Shown here in pieces: positions 18,641-28,497 of a DNA stretch of 64,000 nt. The stretch is from Planctomycetota bacterium (GTDB lineage: Bacteria; Planctomycetota; Phycisphaerae; Phycisphaerales; Phycisphaeraceae), in NCBI GenBank assembly GCA_039025855.1, contig JBCCNL010000001.1, positions 106,988-170,987 on the forward strand, in the 5' to 3' direction. Each line of letters opens with the position of its first letter. The first letter of the stretch is position 1. A model generated the notes under the pieces. The model did no database searches, was not told the origin of the DNA, and saw only the letters and a list, made by a program, of their open reading frames with translations. Both the position numbers and the translations under genes were made by a program.

Positions 18641-19539
18641 GAAGGCGCGGGGTCTTTCAGTTCGTGCTGGTTCTCGATAAAGGCCCGTTGGAGCGTGTGC
18701 CATTGGCCGGGTTGACGGGCGATGATCCCGGAGAAGAACGCGGCGAGCCGGTGTCGGATCGAGTCCTTGTCGGGGTGTGGGTCGGCCTCGCTTGGACCGA
18801 TGGGCCGGTCGATATGGAGCAGGACGCGGCCGTCGGGCTGAACGCTACAGGCAATCGGGAGGATGGGGGCACCGGTGATCTGTGCGAGCTTGGCGGGGCC
18901 GTCGGGCATCTGCATGTGGCCGTGCAGGAAGGGGGTGGGCGTACCGGGCTGGCCGGGCATGCAGCGGTCGGCCTGGATCAGGACGGCGGCGCCACGGCAC
19001 AGCGCGTCGCGGAGCTGCATCCATGTCTCCAATCCGCCCTCGACCCGCGCTTCGGTCAGACGCAGCCGCCGGTGCAGCTCGCTACGCATCCGGTCAAACC
19101 CGCTGTCCTCGTCGCTCTGGAACAGGATGTGTGTCTCCGGCACCCGCTCGGCGACGGCCACGGCACCCACCTCGAAGTTGCCCACGTGGCAGGTCGCGAT
19201 GATCAGGCCACGCTCCATCTGGAGCGCCGCCTCGAAGTGGTCTCGGCCCTCGATGTCCGCGACGCGGCCGAGCATCTGAGCGGGGTCCATGACCCGGGCC
19301 TGTGCGAGATCGCCAACGAACCGCAGAAACTCGCAGACCACGGACCGCCCGTAGCGCGCGAGTGCCGCGTCGTCGGCGTCCGGCCCGAGCACCCAGCGCC
19401 CGTTGCTCTTGCAGACACGCCTGAGGTAGCCGGAGCCGAACCAGGCGATCGCCGCTAAGGCGTCGCGGTGCCGGACCAGCCAGCCCGGCCGAAGCGCGAC
19501 GGCACTGAACAGGAGCTTGAGAGTAAGGCGGTGAAGCAT
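18637..19539 (-). CDS. LpxL/HtrB-type lysophospholipid (lipid A-type) acyltransferase
   Basis: ...GLIIATCHVGNFEVGAVAVA... (H-x-G-N-x-E motif of the LPLAT/LpxL family), ...AVLIQADR...; the size and position match ApeD-like acyltransferases. Confidence 0.7.
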   Translation of the reverse strand: MLHRLTLKLLFSAVALRPGWLVRHRDALAAIAWFGSGYLRRVCKSNGRWVLGPDADDAALARYGRSVVCEFLRFVGDLAQARVMDPAQMLGRVADIEGRDHFEAALQMERGLIIATCHVGNFEVGAVAVAERVPETHILFQSDEDSGFDRMRSELHRRLRLTEARVEGGLETWMQLRDALCRGAAVLIQADRCMPGQPGTPTPFLHGHMQMPDGPAKLAQITGAPILPIACSVQPDGRVLLHIDRPIGPSEADPHPDKDSIRHRLAAFFSGIIARQPGQWHTLQRAFIENQHELKDPAPS

Positions 19540-19554
19540 GGTGCGGTCTGTCGT

Positions 19555-20295
19555 TCAGCGGCGGTTGTCCTGCTCGGAGTTCCCCTCCGGGTACTCGACG
19601 CGTGCATCGTCCGGCACGTCCAACGCGATCTCAGTGTCCGCCACCGTCTGGTTGATACGCACCTGCGAGAACTCCATATCGGTCCGGTCACCCGCCGCAT
19701 CGGTGGACGAGGCGCTGACGATCAGTCCCAGCATCGGGTCGAATCCCAGCGTGAGCGACTGCATGTGTTCGCGGACCGACTCACGGGGCTCGAGCGCGAG
19801 CGTGACCCGGCCGCTGCGTGGATCGGTCGACAGATCGGCAAGCCGGAAGTCCCTGGCGAGCGCTTCGGGGTCGGGTCGGCCCGTGGTCATCGCCATGCCG
19901 TTGGGGGGGATGCGGTAGACCTCGAGCACGTTGTCATCGGGGTAGTAGATGTGCATCTGCGTGGCGTTGAAATGCATCTCGACGGGCGACGGCGTGGTGA
20001 GCGACAAGCGTGCGGCCTCGCCCTTGGCGACGAAGCGGCCTCGCGAGACGACCGGCTCATCGAGCAGCAGGCTGGTGCGCTTCTGCGTGAACACGGCGCG
20101 GACCGACTCGGGCTTCGGCGACTGATCCAGCAACTGGCCGAGCTGCTTCCAACGCTCGGCCTCGGATGTTTCGTCGGGCTGGCTGGCGGACTCGGCGACG
20201 GCCGGCGCGGGGCAAGCGAGGATGACCGCCAGCATCAGGCAGCACCGGGCGGCCAGCGAGGTGACATATGTCCAGACTGAGACGGAGCAACGCAC
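19555..20295 (-). CDS. LolA-like outer-membrane lipoprotein-carrier family protein
   Basis: Signal peptide ...CCLMLAVILACPAPAVAES. The body, VRAVFTQKRTSLLLDEPVVSRGRFVAKGEAARLSLTTPSPVEMHFNATQMHIYYPDDNVLEVY, fits the LolA pattern, and the context is an aryl-polyene cluster. Confidence 0.6.
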   Translation of the reverse strand: MRCSVSVWTYVTSLAARCCLMLAVILACPAPAVAESASQPDETSEAERWKQLGQLLDQSPKPESVRAVFTQKRTSLLLDEPVVSRGRFVAKGEAARLSLTTPSPVEMHFNATQMHIYYPDDNVLEVYRIPPNGMAMTTGRPDPEALARDFRLADLSTDPRSGRVTLALEPRESVREHMQSLTLGFDPMLGLIVSASSTDAAGDRTDMEFSQVRINQTVADTEIALDVPDDARVEYPEGNSEQDNRR

Positions 20296-20302
20296 GGCCG
20301 AT

Positions 20303-20764
20303 TCAACCCTTGAGCACGTTGGTGAGGAGGATCTCGCCGCGGGCGATCAGCCGACCATCGACGTGTGCGGCGACGAGAAACGTGGTGATGCCGGCCGTGT
20401 CGCCTTGGGTCTCGGAGGACAAGTCGATCCGGGCGGGCGGGACGACCGGTCGCTTGAGGACGACGTCCGCCTTGACGATCCCGGCCTGCACCGGCTCGGC
20501 ACCCGGCTCGGCGTCAAAGTGGATCAGCCCGCTGAACTGCGCGAGTGCTTCGATCAGCAGCACGCCGGGCACGATCGGTCGGCCCGGGAAGTGGTCCTTA
20601 AAGAACGGCTCGTCGCCGCGGACCCGCCAGTGGCCCTTACCGTGGGTCGTCCCGTCCGGCGTCGATCCGCACTCATCGACGGCGGTTACAAAGCGGAAGC
20701 CGTCGCCGTGCGGCAGCGACGTCGGCGTGGGCAAATCCTGAGTGTTTCGCGTCTCTCCGGGCAC
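20303..20764 (-). CDS. FabZ/FabA-like (hotdog) 3-hydroxyacyl-ACP dehydratase
   Basis: Motif [23 protein letters not shown]. Confidence 0.8.
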   Translation of the reverse strand: MPGETRNTQDLPTPTSLPHGDGFRFVTAVDECGSTPDGTTHGKGHWRVRGDEPFFKDHFPGRPIVPGVLLIEALAQFSGLIHFDAEPGAEPVQAGIVKADVVLKRPVVPPARIDLSSETQGDTAGITTFLVAAHVDGRLIARGEILLTNVLKG

Positions 20765-20876
20765 GATTTAGACTATAGCAGCAGGCGTTGTTAGACTGCC
20801 TCTGATGTCGTTTGGCCGCGGCGGTACCACCGCCGGCCGCTTTCACCTCGCACAACTTTCGCCTTGGGGATTACCT

Positions 20877-21296
20877 ATGACTCGCGTCCTTCCGCTGCTT
20901 CTGGTTGCCACGCTCTGCCTGTCTGTCGCCGCCTGCCAATCCAGCGGTGTCAAGGGCACGCCGATGATTGAGCCCGCACCCGTGGACATCACGGGCCTGG
21001 ATAAAGACAAGGTCTCGAAGGCGGTCTTCGCCGCCGTCGAATCACGCGGCTTTATCTTCGAAAGCGGCACATCGACTTCCATGCAGGTCGGCTGGGCCCG
21101 CGGCAAGTACACCGCAACCTGGGAGATCGATTTTGCGGGCGACGAGGTCATCCTCAGCTACGTCGATAGCCAGGAGCTGTCGTACAACGAAGACGCCGAG
21201 GGCAACCCGTTCATCCACCGGACCTACAACACCTGGACCACCAACCTGCGGAGCGACATCGCCCGTGAGGTCGGCAAGCTGCGGTTCAGCAGCTGA
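20877..21296 (+). CDS. Small lipoprotein of unknown function
   Basis: MTRVLPLLLVATLCLSVAAC has a lipobox with Cys. The track ORF starts at 20805, but the ATG at 20877 gives a proper signal peptide. It is the only plus-strand gene inside the pigment cluster and looks slightly less GC-rich by eye. Confidence 0.6.
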   Translation: MTRVLPLLLVATLCLSVAACQSSGVKGTPMIEPAPVDITGLDKDKVSKAVFAAVESRGFIFESGTSTSMQVGWARGKYTATWEIDFAGDEVILSYVDSQELSYNEDAEGNPFIHRTYNTWTTNLRSDIAREVGKLRFSS

Positions 21297-21326
21297 GGCA
21301 ATCACCGAGCCGTCCGGGGTTGACGG

Positions 21327-21351
21327 GCCCAAACCGTCTTAGGGTTTGGGC
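21327..21351. terminator. Perfect 9-bp stem hairpin (GCCCAAACC-gtcttag-GGTTTGGGC) between convergent genes
   Basis: Read directly. The loop contains the methyltransferase stop codon and the right arm encodes its last residues (KPKP). It lies 31 nt after the lipoprotein stop. No U-tract. Confidence 0.4.
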
Positions 21352-22136
21352 TTGGTGCCCAGGTACTCCTTGAAGACGCTGAGCGTACTGTTGCAGCGCA
21401 CGTCCTCGAAGCCGGCCTCACGCATCGCGTTCATGATGGCCTCGGAGTCGATGCAGGTCTGGATCGTGTCCCAGTAGTAGCGCCAGAGCGTGCCGACCTC
21501 TTTGCGCTCGCCGGTGAGCCGGGCCAGGAGCGGAACGACCCGCCGGATGTAGAGCCCACCGAGCCAGCCGGTCAGTCGGCCGCGCGGCTTGGTGATCTCC
21601 ATCAGGCAGACCTGGCCGCCGGGCTTGAGCACCCGCAGGTATTCGCCGAACGCCTGCTCCAGGCTGCTGAGGTGCCGCAGCGCGTACCCCATCGTGACCA
21701 GGTCGAACCGGTCGTCGTCTAGCGGGATCGACTCGGCGTAGCCCTCGATGACCTCGACGTCGAGCTTCTGCTTCGCCTCGGCGAGCATGCCCGGTGAGGG
21801 GTCGAGCCCGACAAGGACGCCGCCGGGCAGGTTCAGCTTCTGGATCTCGACCGCCACCAGCCCCGTCCCCATCGCGACATCCAGCACGTCGTCGCCGGGC
21901 TTGAGCCCCATGCGTCTGAGCACCCGCCTGCGGTACCACGGCCCGACGCCCAGCCCTGTCAACGCCTCGGCCTTGTCGTAGCCCGCCGCCCCGGCGTCGA
22001 ACATCTCACGCGTCCGGTCACGGCGCTGCGCTTCACTCTCGTAGTAGCGCTCCAGGCCCGCACCCTCCACCAGCGGGGTGTCGGCACCACCGATGGTGGA
22101 CTCGCTCGGCAGGCTCGGTGCGGTGCTCGGCATCAC
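21339..22136 (-). CDS. Class I SAM-dependent methyltransferase (UbiE/MenG-like)
   Basis: Motif I DVLDVAMGTGLVA, then LVTMGYALRHL, VLKPGG. The start (GTG 22136 or ATG 22133) overlaps the GT2 stop. Confidence 0.85.
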   Translation of the reverse strand: MMPSTAPSLPSESTIGGADTPLVEGAGLERYYESEAQRRDRTREMFDAGAAGYDKAEALTGLGVGPWYRRRVLRRMGLKPGDDVLDVAMGTGLVAVEIQKLNLPGGVLVGLDPSPGMLAEAKQKLDVEVIEGYAESIPLDDDRFDLVTMGYALRHLSSLEQAFGEYLRVLKPGGQVCLMEITKPRGRLTGWLGGLYIRRVVPLLARLTGERKEVGTLWRYYWDTIQTCIDSEAIMNAMREAGFEDVRCNSTLSVFKEYLGTKPKP

Positions 22137-23458
22137 GCCACCCCCGCGGGGCTCGTGGCTGGTCGGTGATCGACACGCGTCAGGGCCAACGCCCGGTGGT
22201 GCAGCGTGGTCTGAGCGAACAGCACCGTGACGAACGGGACCATGCCCGTCAGCGCCGCACCCGTCGGCCGCAGCAGGATGCCCATGAAGACAGCCAGAAC
22301 CGAGACGCCGGCGATCACCCAGGCGTCGCCCCGGTTCGAGGCTTCCGGCACCCGGTCGACCCCCAACAGCCAGCCCGGCCGAAACACCGCGAGCATCACA
22401 CAGACCGCAGCGACCCAGAGGTGCAGCGCGAGCTCCTGCAGCTGGCCGTAGCTGTTATGGATCAGCGGATAGAACGCGGTGCCCTGCGATAGAACGCCCA
22501 GCGAGCCCAGCAAGAGGAACATGAACGACGCGGCGGGCAGCGGCTGGTAGCCGAGTCGCAGGCGTCGCCACAGCGCGATCACGATGAGGCTGAGCGTGCC
22601 ACCGACGAGGAAGGCCGGGTGCCAGCGCGGCTCGGGCTCAAGCCCCATCCGGACCAGCCCGACGATCAGGAACACCGACAGCGGCAGGTAGAGCAGTTGG
22701 TGCCGCAGCCACTTGTTCAGGAAGACCGCGGGCCGCGGATGGTCCTTGAGAACTGCAGCGTGCATCGCCAGGCTGTGCAGCGAGTCGCGGAGCGGTTTGA
22801 AGTGGCTGATCCGCTGGGCTCTGGGCGAGTAGTGCGAGTCGATCGGCACCGTGGTCACGCCGACGCCAGCCCTCCCGGCACGGATGAGCACCTCGGTCTC
22901 GAAAGCGAACCGAGAGAACACGCAGTCCAGCTTCTCGACGACGGCGAGCGGGTAGACACGGAAGCCGGTCTGCGAATCGCTGACCCGGACGCCGGACTGC
23001 AAGGAGATCAGACGGTTCGACACACGCCGGCCCACGGTCGATCGCCACGGCGTGCCGCCCTCCGCCTTGGCAGGGCGCTCGCCCAGGATTAGGTCCCCGG
23101 GGTACCGGACCGCGGCGTCCCACAGCAGGCCGATCTGCTGTGGGTCGTGCTGGCCGTCGGCATCGAGCGTGATGGCGTGGGAGTAGCCCAGCGCCCGGGC
23201 CCGGTCGAACCCGGTCATCAACGCCGCGGCCTTGCCCCGGTTGGCCGGGTGCTTCTCCAGGTGGAGCGAGGCGTCCGGATCGTCGGCTCGCAATTGGGCC
23301 AGCGTCTGATCCGTGCCGTCGGTGCTCCCGTCGTCCACCACGATGCAGGCCCAGCCCGCGTCGAGCACCGCCCGGGCGATCGTGCAGACGGTCGAGCCGT
23401 TCTGGTAGGTCGGCACAACGATGACCGGTCGGATCGCGGTGTCAGTGGCGGGTGGCAT
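22133..23458 (-). CDS. Family 2 glycosyltransferase fused to a C-terminal polytopic membrane domain
   Basis: VIVVPTYQNGSTV...CIVVDDGSTDGT...ITLDADGQHD (DxD). The C-terminal ~180 aa are hydrophobic helices. Confidence 0.8.
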   Translation of the reverse strand: MPPATDTAIRPVIVVPTYQNGSTVCTIARAVLDAGWACIVVDDGSTDGTDQTLAQLRADDPDASLHLEKHPANRGKAAALMTGFDRARALGYSHAITLDADGQHDPQQIGLLWDAAVRYPGDLILGERPAKAEGGTPWRSTVGRRVSNRLISLQSGVRVSDSQTGFRVYPLAVVEKLDCVFSRFAFETEVLIRAGRAGVGVTTVPIDSHYSPRAQRISHFKPLRDSLHSLAMHAAVLKDHPRPAVFLNKWLRHQLLYLPLSVFLIVGLVRMGLEPEPRWHPAFLVGGTLSLIVIALWRRLRLGYQPLPAASFMFLLLGSLGVLSQGTAFYPLIHNSYGQLQELALHLWVAAVCVMLAVFRPGWLLGVDRVPEASNRGDAWVIAGVSVLAVFMGILLRPTGAALTGMVPFVTVLFAQTTLHHRALALTRVDHRPATSPAGVA

Positions 23459-23490
23459 GGGGTGGAGTTGAGGGTGGGGCGGGGTTGTAG

Positions 23491-23751
23491 TTAGGCCATC
23501 CGGGTCTGGAGATAGGTCGCCAGCGTTCGGAGGTCACGCATCGTCTCAGGCCCCATCTCGTCGGGACTGAGCTTGATGCCGTACTTCTTTTCAATGCTGG
23601 TGATAAGCATGAGGTAGTCCAGCGAGTCGAACCCGATGTCCTCGGAAGCGAACGAAGTGGTTGGGGTCAGCTCGACGTCGCCGAGCTTCAGGTCCCGCCG
23701 GATGATCTCGATCAGAGCCCCCTCCAGTTCCTCAACATTCACCACTTTCAT
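23491..23751 (-). CDS. Acyl carrier protein
   Basis: 86 aa, with the phosphopantetheine site in DIGFDSLDYLMLITSIE. Confidence 0.8.
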   Translation of the reverse strand: MKVVNVEELEGALIEIIRRDLKLGDVELTPTTSFASEDIGFDSLDYLMLITSIEKKYGIKLSPDEMGPETMRDLRTLATYLQTRMA

Positions 23752-23778
23752 GGCCTCCGACTATACCAGTGCAAGGGC

Positions 23779-24465
23779 CTACTCGCGATAGGCGTGGCGG
23801 CGTCGCGTCGCGCACTGATCCTCGGGAATCCCCATCTCCTCGAGCAGGTCCCGGTGCAGGCCGCGGATGCGGTCGGCCAGCTCGGCTTCGTACCGCCGGA
23901 GGCCCTCGGGGCCGGACCGTTTGTCCGGCGGCGGCATCGGTTCGCCAAAAGCAATCCCGTAGCGGGCCTGGTTCGGAAACCATGCGCTCCAACGTGCAAA
24001 GGTCAGCGAGTCCTCGATCGCACAGGGGATCATCGGGGCCTTGCCCAGCCGGGCGATCCCGCCGATCCCTGGCACGAGGCTCCCGCCGTGCAGCACCGAC
24101 TTGTCCTGAAAACTCAGCGCCCCCTCAGGGAAGACACCCACGCTCCGGCCCTGCTTCAGCCGCGCCACAATGTCACGCACCGTCTTCGGGTCCGGCTTCG
24201 ACTGATCCAACGGCATCGCATTACACATCCGATACAGCCAGCCCGCACGGGAGTTGATGATCTCCGTCGTCGAAACGAAGTCGATCTTGACCGGCATGTA
24301 GTACATCAGGATCGCGATGTCGTAAGGGCTCGTGTGGTTCGAGGCCACCATCAGCGGTCCCTCGAGACCCTTGAGGTGATCGAGACCCAACGCCGTCGGC
24401 TTGTGGCAGATCACGAAACCGGGCCAACAGATTCCGTAAACGACGTTGTAAAAAAGATCGGACAT
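23779..24465 (-). CDS. PlsC-type 1-acyl-sn-glycerol-3-phosphate acyltransferase family protein
   Basis: HX4D motif as NHTSPYDIAIL, plus VGVFPEGAL. Confidence 0.8.
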   Translation of the reverse strand: MSDLFYNVVYGICWPGFVICHKPTALGLDHLKGLEGPLMVASNHTSPYDIAILMYYMPVKIDFVSTTEIINSRAGWLYRMCNAMPLDQSKPDPKTVRDIVARLKQGRSVGVFPEGALSFQDKSVLHGGSLVPGIGGIARLGKAPMIPCAIEDSLTFARWSAWFPNQARYGIAFGEPMPPPDKRSGPEGLRRYEAELADRIRGLHRDLLEEMGIPEDQCATRRRHAYRE

Positions 24466-24469
24466 CGGT

Positions 24470-25237
24470 CTAGGTCTGAGCCGTGGCGTGGGGTGGGTGG
24501 AGAGCGCTACCCGCTGCGGCGTGGGGATCGACTTTAACGAGACTGGGGTCGTCCGGCTCGCCGGGGCTCAGGTCGTGGCGGTCGTCCACGCCGTCGAACT
24601 GGAGCAGCCGCTTGTACATCGCCGGGTAGGACGCGCGGAGCCGATCGCCGAGGGCTCGGCGTTGTTCACGACGCCCGCGGTGGTCGTTGTGCAGCGGTTC
24701 GGGGTGGATCGGCTCACCGACCGCGACATGGACCGCCGCGTGCCGGAACGGCCGCCAGGTCGTAGCCCGGTTCATGGCGTGTGTCCCGATGAGCGCGATC
24801 GGGATGATCGGCACCTGGCCGTGCATCGCGAGGAAGCACGCCCCCTGCTTGATCGGGCCGCCGCGCATGGCCGAGTACTGGCGACGCGACACCCCGGCCT
24901 CGGGGAACACGCCAACGCGTTCACCCTCCGCCAACAGCTCAAGCCCGCGGCGCAGCGCCGGCCGTGGGTAGCCCTGCCGATGGACCGGGAACGCCCGAAC
25001 CGCACGAAGCGCCCAGGCCAGCAGGCGGGACTTGTAGAACTCAGTCCGCGCCATCCACCGCACCTCGTCGCGTAGCAGGATGCCGAGGACCAGCGGGTCC
25101 AGGTGCGAGATGTGCGTCGGCGCGATGATGCAAGGCCCGTCGACCCCGAGGTGCTCCGGGTTCAGGATGGTCGTGGGCATCGTGCACCACGTGATCGGCT
25201 TCACCAGCCAGCGTGCGGTTTGATAAGCCAGGGTCAT
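24470..25237 (-). CDS. Second PlsC-type acyltransferase
   Basis: The track ORF 24470..25681 is over-extended. The ATG at 25237 (MTLAYQTARWLVKP) overlaps the MMPL stop (ATGA). HX4D motif as THISHLDPLVL, plus VGVFPEAGV. Confidence 0.75.
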   Translation of the reverse strand: MTLAYQTARWLVKPITWCTMPTTILNPEHLGVDGPCIIAPTHISHLDPLVLGILLRDEVRWMARTEFYKSRLLAWALRAVRAFPVHRQGYPRPALRRGLELLAEGERVGVFPEAGVSRRQYSAMRGGPIKQGACFLAMHGQVPIIPIALIGTHAMNRATTWRPFRHAAVHVAVGEPIHPEPLHNDHRGRREQRRALGDRLRASYPAMYKRLLQFDGVDDRHDLSPGEPDDPSLVKVDPHAAAGSALHPPHATAQT

Positions 25238-27702
25238 CGGTCTTGCCCTTCGACCAGTAGAGAGCCCGCGTTGCGTCGCCCGACCGAGAGCCCGAGCAGC
25301 CAGGTCGTCACGAGGACCGCGACGAGCCCGGCGGTGACCATCCACCCCAACTCGCGCACCGCCGGGATCGACGTCCACATGAGCGAGCCAAACCCGATAA
25401 AGGTCGTCACGAACGTCAGGTGGATGCCCGTCAATCGGCTTCGGATTGTAACCACACACCCCCGCGCGACGGCATCGCCCAGCAGCAGGCTCGCATCGAC
25501 CCCGATCCCCAGCAGCAGCGGCACCGCCGCCAGCGTGACCACGTTCCATTGACCCGACCCCAGCCGCTGCACGAGCAGCGCCGCGAGCAGACCCATCGCC
25601 GGCGGCAGCACCGTCACCACCACACGCCCAACCCGCCGGAGGCTCACCAGCAGCACCAGCCCGATCGGGATCACCGACCACGCGAACGCCCGCAGCAGGT
25701 CACGACGCAGCTGCTTCCGCATCTGCTCGCTGATCAGGTCGAGCCCGGTGGCTTGGAACCCGTCAAGCCCCGACAGCGCTTCACGCAGCCCGTCGAGGTC
25801 TTCACGCCGGTCCGACTCCCGCGCCCACGAACGCGTCGGTACCAGCAGCGCCACCGTGGCCGGCGCGTCGGCATCGAACGGGCTCGGGAAGAACAGCCCC
25901 CCCGCACCGGACCGGGCCAACGCCTCAAGCCCCGGCGACGGCGTCGCCAAAAACCCCGCCAAAAAATCCCCGGCCGGCTCGAACACCGCAGGCCGAAACC
26001 CGGCCTGTCCAGCCGCCTCCAGCAACAAACGCTTGACCTCGACCGGATCGATGTCAGCGAGCAACGCGCTGTTGCGCACGTCGGCCCCAGCCTCGGGCAG
26101 CAGGCTCAGCGCGCTGGCCTTCTCAAACGGGGTATCGAGCCCATGCAGCCGATCCAACCGCTCGTACAGCTGCCCCGCGTCTTCAGCCTCGATCAGCACC
26201 AGCACAGAACCCTGGCGTTGGCCGAACGACCGCTCCATCCGCTGCTGAGCCTCGAGCGTCGGGTTGGGCTGCGGGTGCAGGTTGTACAAGGTCAGTGCGC
26301 TGTCATCCCCGCGGATCAGCACGGCACTCAAGATCATCACCAGGACAAAGGCGATGCCCGCGACGCGTAGCCACGTCGAGTGCGCGAGCGCCCAAACGAG
26401 CAGACGATGAGGCGTTGCGCTGGTCCGGGGAGTCACCGTCTTGCACAGCCCAGTCAACGTGGGCAGAAGGGTCAGCGAGGCGATCGCCGCGCAGGCCAGC
26501 GCCAGACCGCCGAGCACCGCGAGCTGCTTCAGTGCGGTCGGCTCGGTGGCAAGCAGCGCCAGGAAGCCGCACGTCGTGGTGATGCACGCCGTCGCGATCG
26601 GCCGGGCCAGCGTCCGCGCCGCCGACCACGCCCGCTGCACCGGGGTCGTGCCGTCGGGCGCGGCACGCCGCACCTCCGTGAGCAGATGGATCCCGTAGTC
26701 CACGCCCAGCCCCGCGAGCATGCCGCCAGACAATGCCGCGAGCGGCGACAGCCTCATCCCGGTCAGGCCAAAAAGCCCGAACGCGGTGAACATCGCCACT
26801 AGGGTCGTCGTCAACAGCAACACGATCGGCGTCAGCCGCCGCCACACGATCAGGAACACCCCGACCAGCCCGACCGACGCGAACAGCACCGACCCCTTGA
26901 TGTCGTCCCGCACCCGGCCCGCCGCCTCGGCCGCCATCATGTGCCCCCCCACCGCCTCGAACCGCAGCGTCGGATAGTCCCGGCCCAGCGGTGCCAACAC
27001 CCCGTTCAAGGCTTCGGACAATTCAACCGAACGCGCGTGGTCACTCGGAGCAAACGGCACCGCGAGCGTGAGGGACCACGCCGTGCCGGACGCGCTAAAC
27101 CGCCCAGCCAGCGGATTGGTCGGTGCGCTCCATTCCGTCTCATCAATACCCGGCGCGGACGGCGTGTCTGCACCCAGCCGTTCCGCAAAGTCGCGCGGCA
27201 CGAGCTCGCGGAGCCCCAGCGGGTCGCGCAGCATCTGCCGTGTGACCTCCGCCGGCTGCGGCGTAGCGAGGCGTTGCTTGTGGCGCTGCAGCCTCGCCCG
27301 GATCGACTCGGGCTCCAGCCGGGCGCGCAGTTCCACCACCGCCTCTTCGCTGAGCCAGGCCCGGCCACGCGGGACCTGCTGAATCACCCAATCACGGGCC
27401 TGCAACTCGGCCACGGCCTGCGCCTCGACACCAAGCTCCTCAAGCCCCTGCGAATCACGGATCGCATCACGCAGCTGATCGATCGCTTCGATCGGGAGCG
27501 GCGTGGCATCATCACGCGAGCTGACCAAGACGTGCGCCGTACCACCGATGCGAAACCGCTCGTTGATCTGCACCATCGCATCGACCGCGGGGAAGCCCTG
27601 GCCAAGCGTGTTCTCGACCGACGGGTCGAGCTCGAGCCGCGTCCAGCCGATGCACGCCAGCACGAACAGCGCCGGCCACAGGTAGAGGGAAAGGCGTCGC
27701 AT
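25234..27702 (-). CDS. MMPL/RND-superfamily exporter
   Basis: 822 aa with two blocks of about 6 TM helices, each preceded by a large soluble loop. The position equals that of the ApeM-like exporter in aryl-polyene clusters. Confidence 0.75.
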   Translation of the reverse strand: MRRLSLYLWPALFVLACIGWTRLELDPSVENTLGQGFPAVDAMVQINERFRIGGTAHVLVSSRDDATPLPIEAIDQLRDAIRDSQGLEELGVEAQAVAELQARDWVIQQVPRGRAWLSEEAVVELRARLEPESIRARLQRHKQRLATPQPAEVTRQMLRDPLGLRELVPRDFAERLGADTPSAPGIDETEWSAPTNPLAGRFSASGTAWSLTLAVPFAPSDHARSVELSEALNGVLAPLGRDYPTLRFEAVGGHMMAAEAAGRVRDDIKGSVLFASVGLVGVFLIVWRRLTPIVLLLTTTLVAMFTAFGLFGLTGMRLSPLAALSGGMLAGLGVDYGIHLLTEVRRAAPDGTTPVQRAWSAARTLARPIATACITTTCGFLALLATEPTALKQLAVLGGLALACAAIASLTLLPTLTGLCKTVTPRTSATPHRLLVWALAHSTWLRVAGIAFVLVMILSAVLIRGDDSALTLYNLHPQPNPTLEAQQRMERSFGQRQGSVLVLIEAEDAGQLYERLDRLHGLDTPFEKASALSLLPEAGADVRNSALLADIDPVEVKRLLLEAAGQAGFRPAVFEPAGDFLAGFLATPSPGLEALARSGAGGLFFPSPFDADAPATVALLVPTRSWARESDRREDLDGLREALSGLDGFQATGLDLISEQMRKQLRRDLLRAFAWSVIPIGLVLLVSLRRVGRVVVTVLPPAMGLLAALLVQRLGSGQWNVVTLAAVPLLLGIGVDASLLLGDAVARGCVVTIRSRLTGIHLTFVTTFIGFGSLMWTSIPAVRELGWMVTAGLVAVLVTTWLLGLSVGRRNAGSLLVEGQDR

Positions 27703-27705
27703 GGG

Positions 27706-28497
27706 TCAATCGGGGCCGAACGCGAGGCTGAGCCGAGTCGCAAGACCGAGCCGGCGGCTTCCGGGCACCGGCTTGAAGTGGGCCGGCGTCAGTGATGGAT
27801 TGGGCTGGAACGCGTCAACAAGGAACTCCACAACCGGCTCCCCGCCCAGGCTCAGCCGCAGCGCGTCCACATGCGGCGCCGGCTCACCACTTCGATAACG
27901 CAGCTCGGTCGTCACCGGGCCATCGGGGCTCTGAACCAAGACCCGGTGAGTCGTCCGAGTGCTGCGGTGGACCCAGACCTCAGCGGGATGCTCGCCGATG
28001 AGGTCAGTCGTGTTGAACACTAGGTGATCGTCGGCCGACCGATCGAAGACCAGCGACTCGCTGCGGATCAATGCGAGCGGCAGTTCGATCGGTGCAGCGT
28101 CCGTCGCATCACCACCCGCGTCGTCGGCACGGCTCCGGGTCCAGACCCACGCCTCCCCGTCGGCATACACCAGGTCAATCGCGTTGCGACCGAGCTTGCT
28201 CGCGCGCAGCCGCAGGCGGGGTGATTCAGTCTCGAGCGCATCGATCAGCATGATCCCGTCCAGCCTTGTGGTTCGGCCTTCCCGCGACAGCAACACCGTG
28301 CCGACCGCCCGCCACGACGTGAGCCCCGCATCACGCTCCTGCATCGCCGCAAGCACCGCCTCGGGCGCCGCGTCTTCGTACACCGGCAGATCAACACCGG
28401 GGTGGTCGTACACACCGCCGCGCTGGAGACACCCCTGCCCGAGCACCGCGAACGCGGGCATCAACCACGCCCACGCCGAAAACACCCGGCCCGTCAC
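27706..28497 (-). CDS. Putative lipoprotein (DUF3261/LolB-like, ApeN-position)
   Basis: The track ORF extends to 28602, overlapping the ligase gene. The GTG at 28497 overlaps the ligase stop (GTGA) and gives VTGRVFSAWAWLMPAFAVLGQGC, a signal peptide with Cys. There is no diagnostic motif, so the assignment is by position and size only. Confidence 0.45.
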   Translation of the reverse strand: MTGRVFSAWAWLMPAFAVLGQGCLQRGGVYDHPGVDLPVYEDAAPEAVLAAMQERDAGLTSWRAVGTVLLSREGRTTRLDGIMLIDALETESPRLRLRASKLGRNAIDLVYADGEAWVWTRSRADDAGGDATDAAPIELPLALIRSESLVFDRSADDHLVFNTTDLIGEHPAEVWVHRSTRTTHRVLVQSPDGPVTTELRYRSGEPAPHVDALRLSLGGEPVVEFLVDAFQPNPSLTPAHFKPVPGSRRLGLATRLSLAFGPD

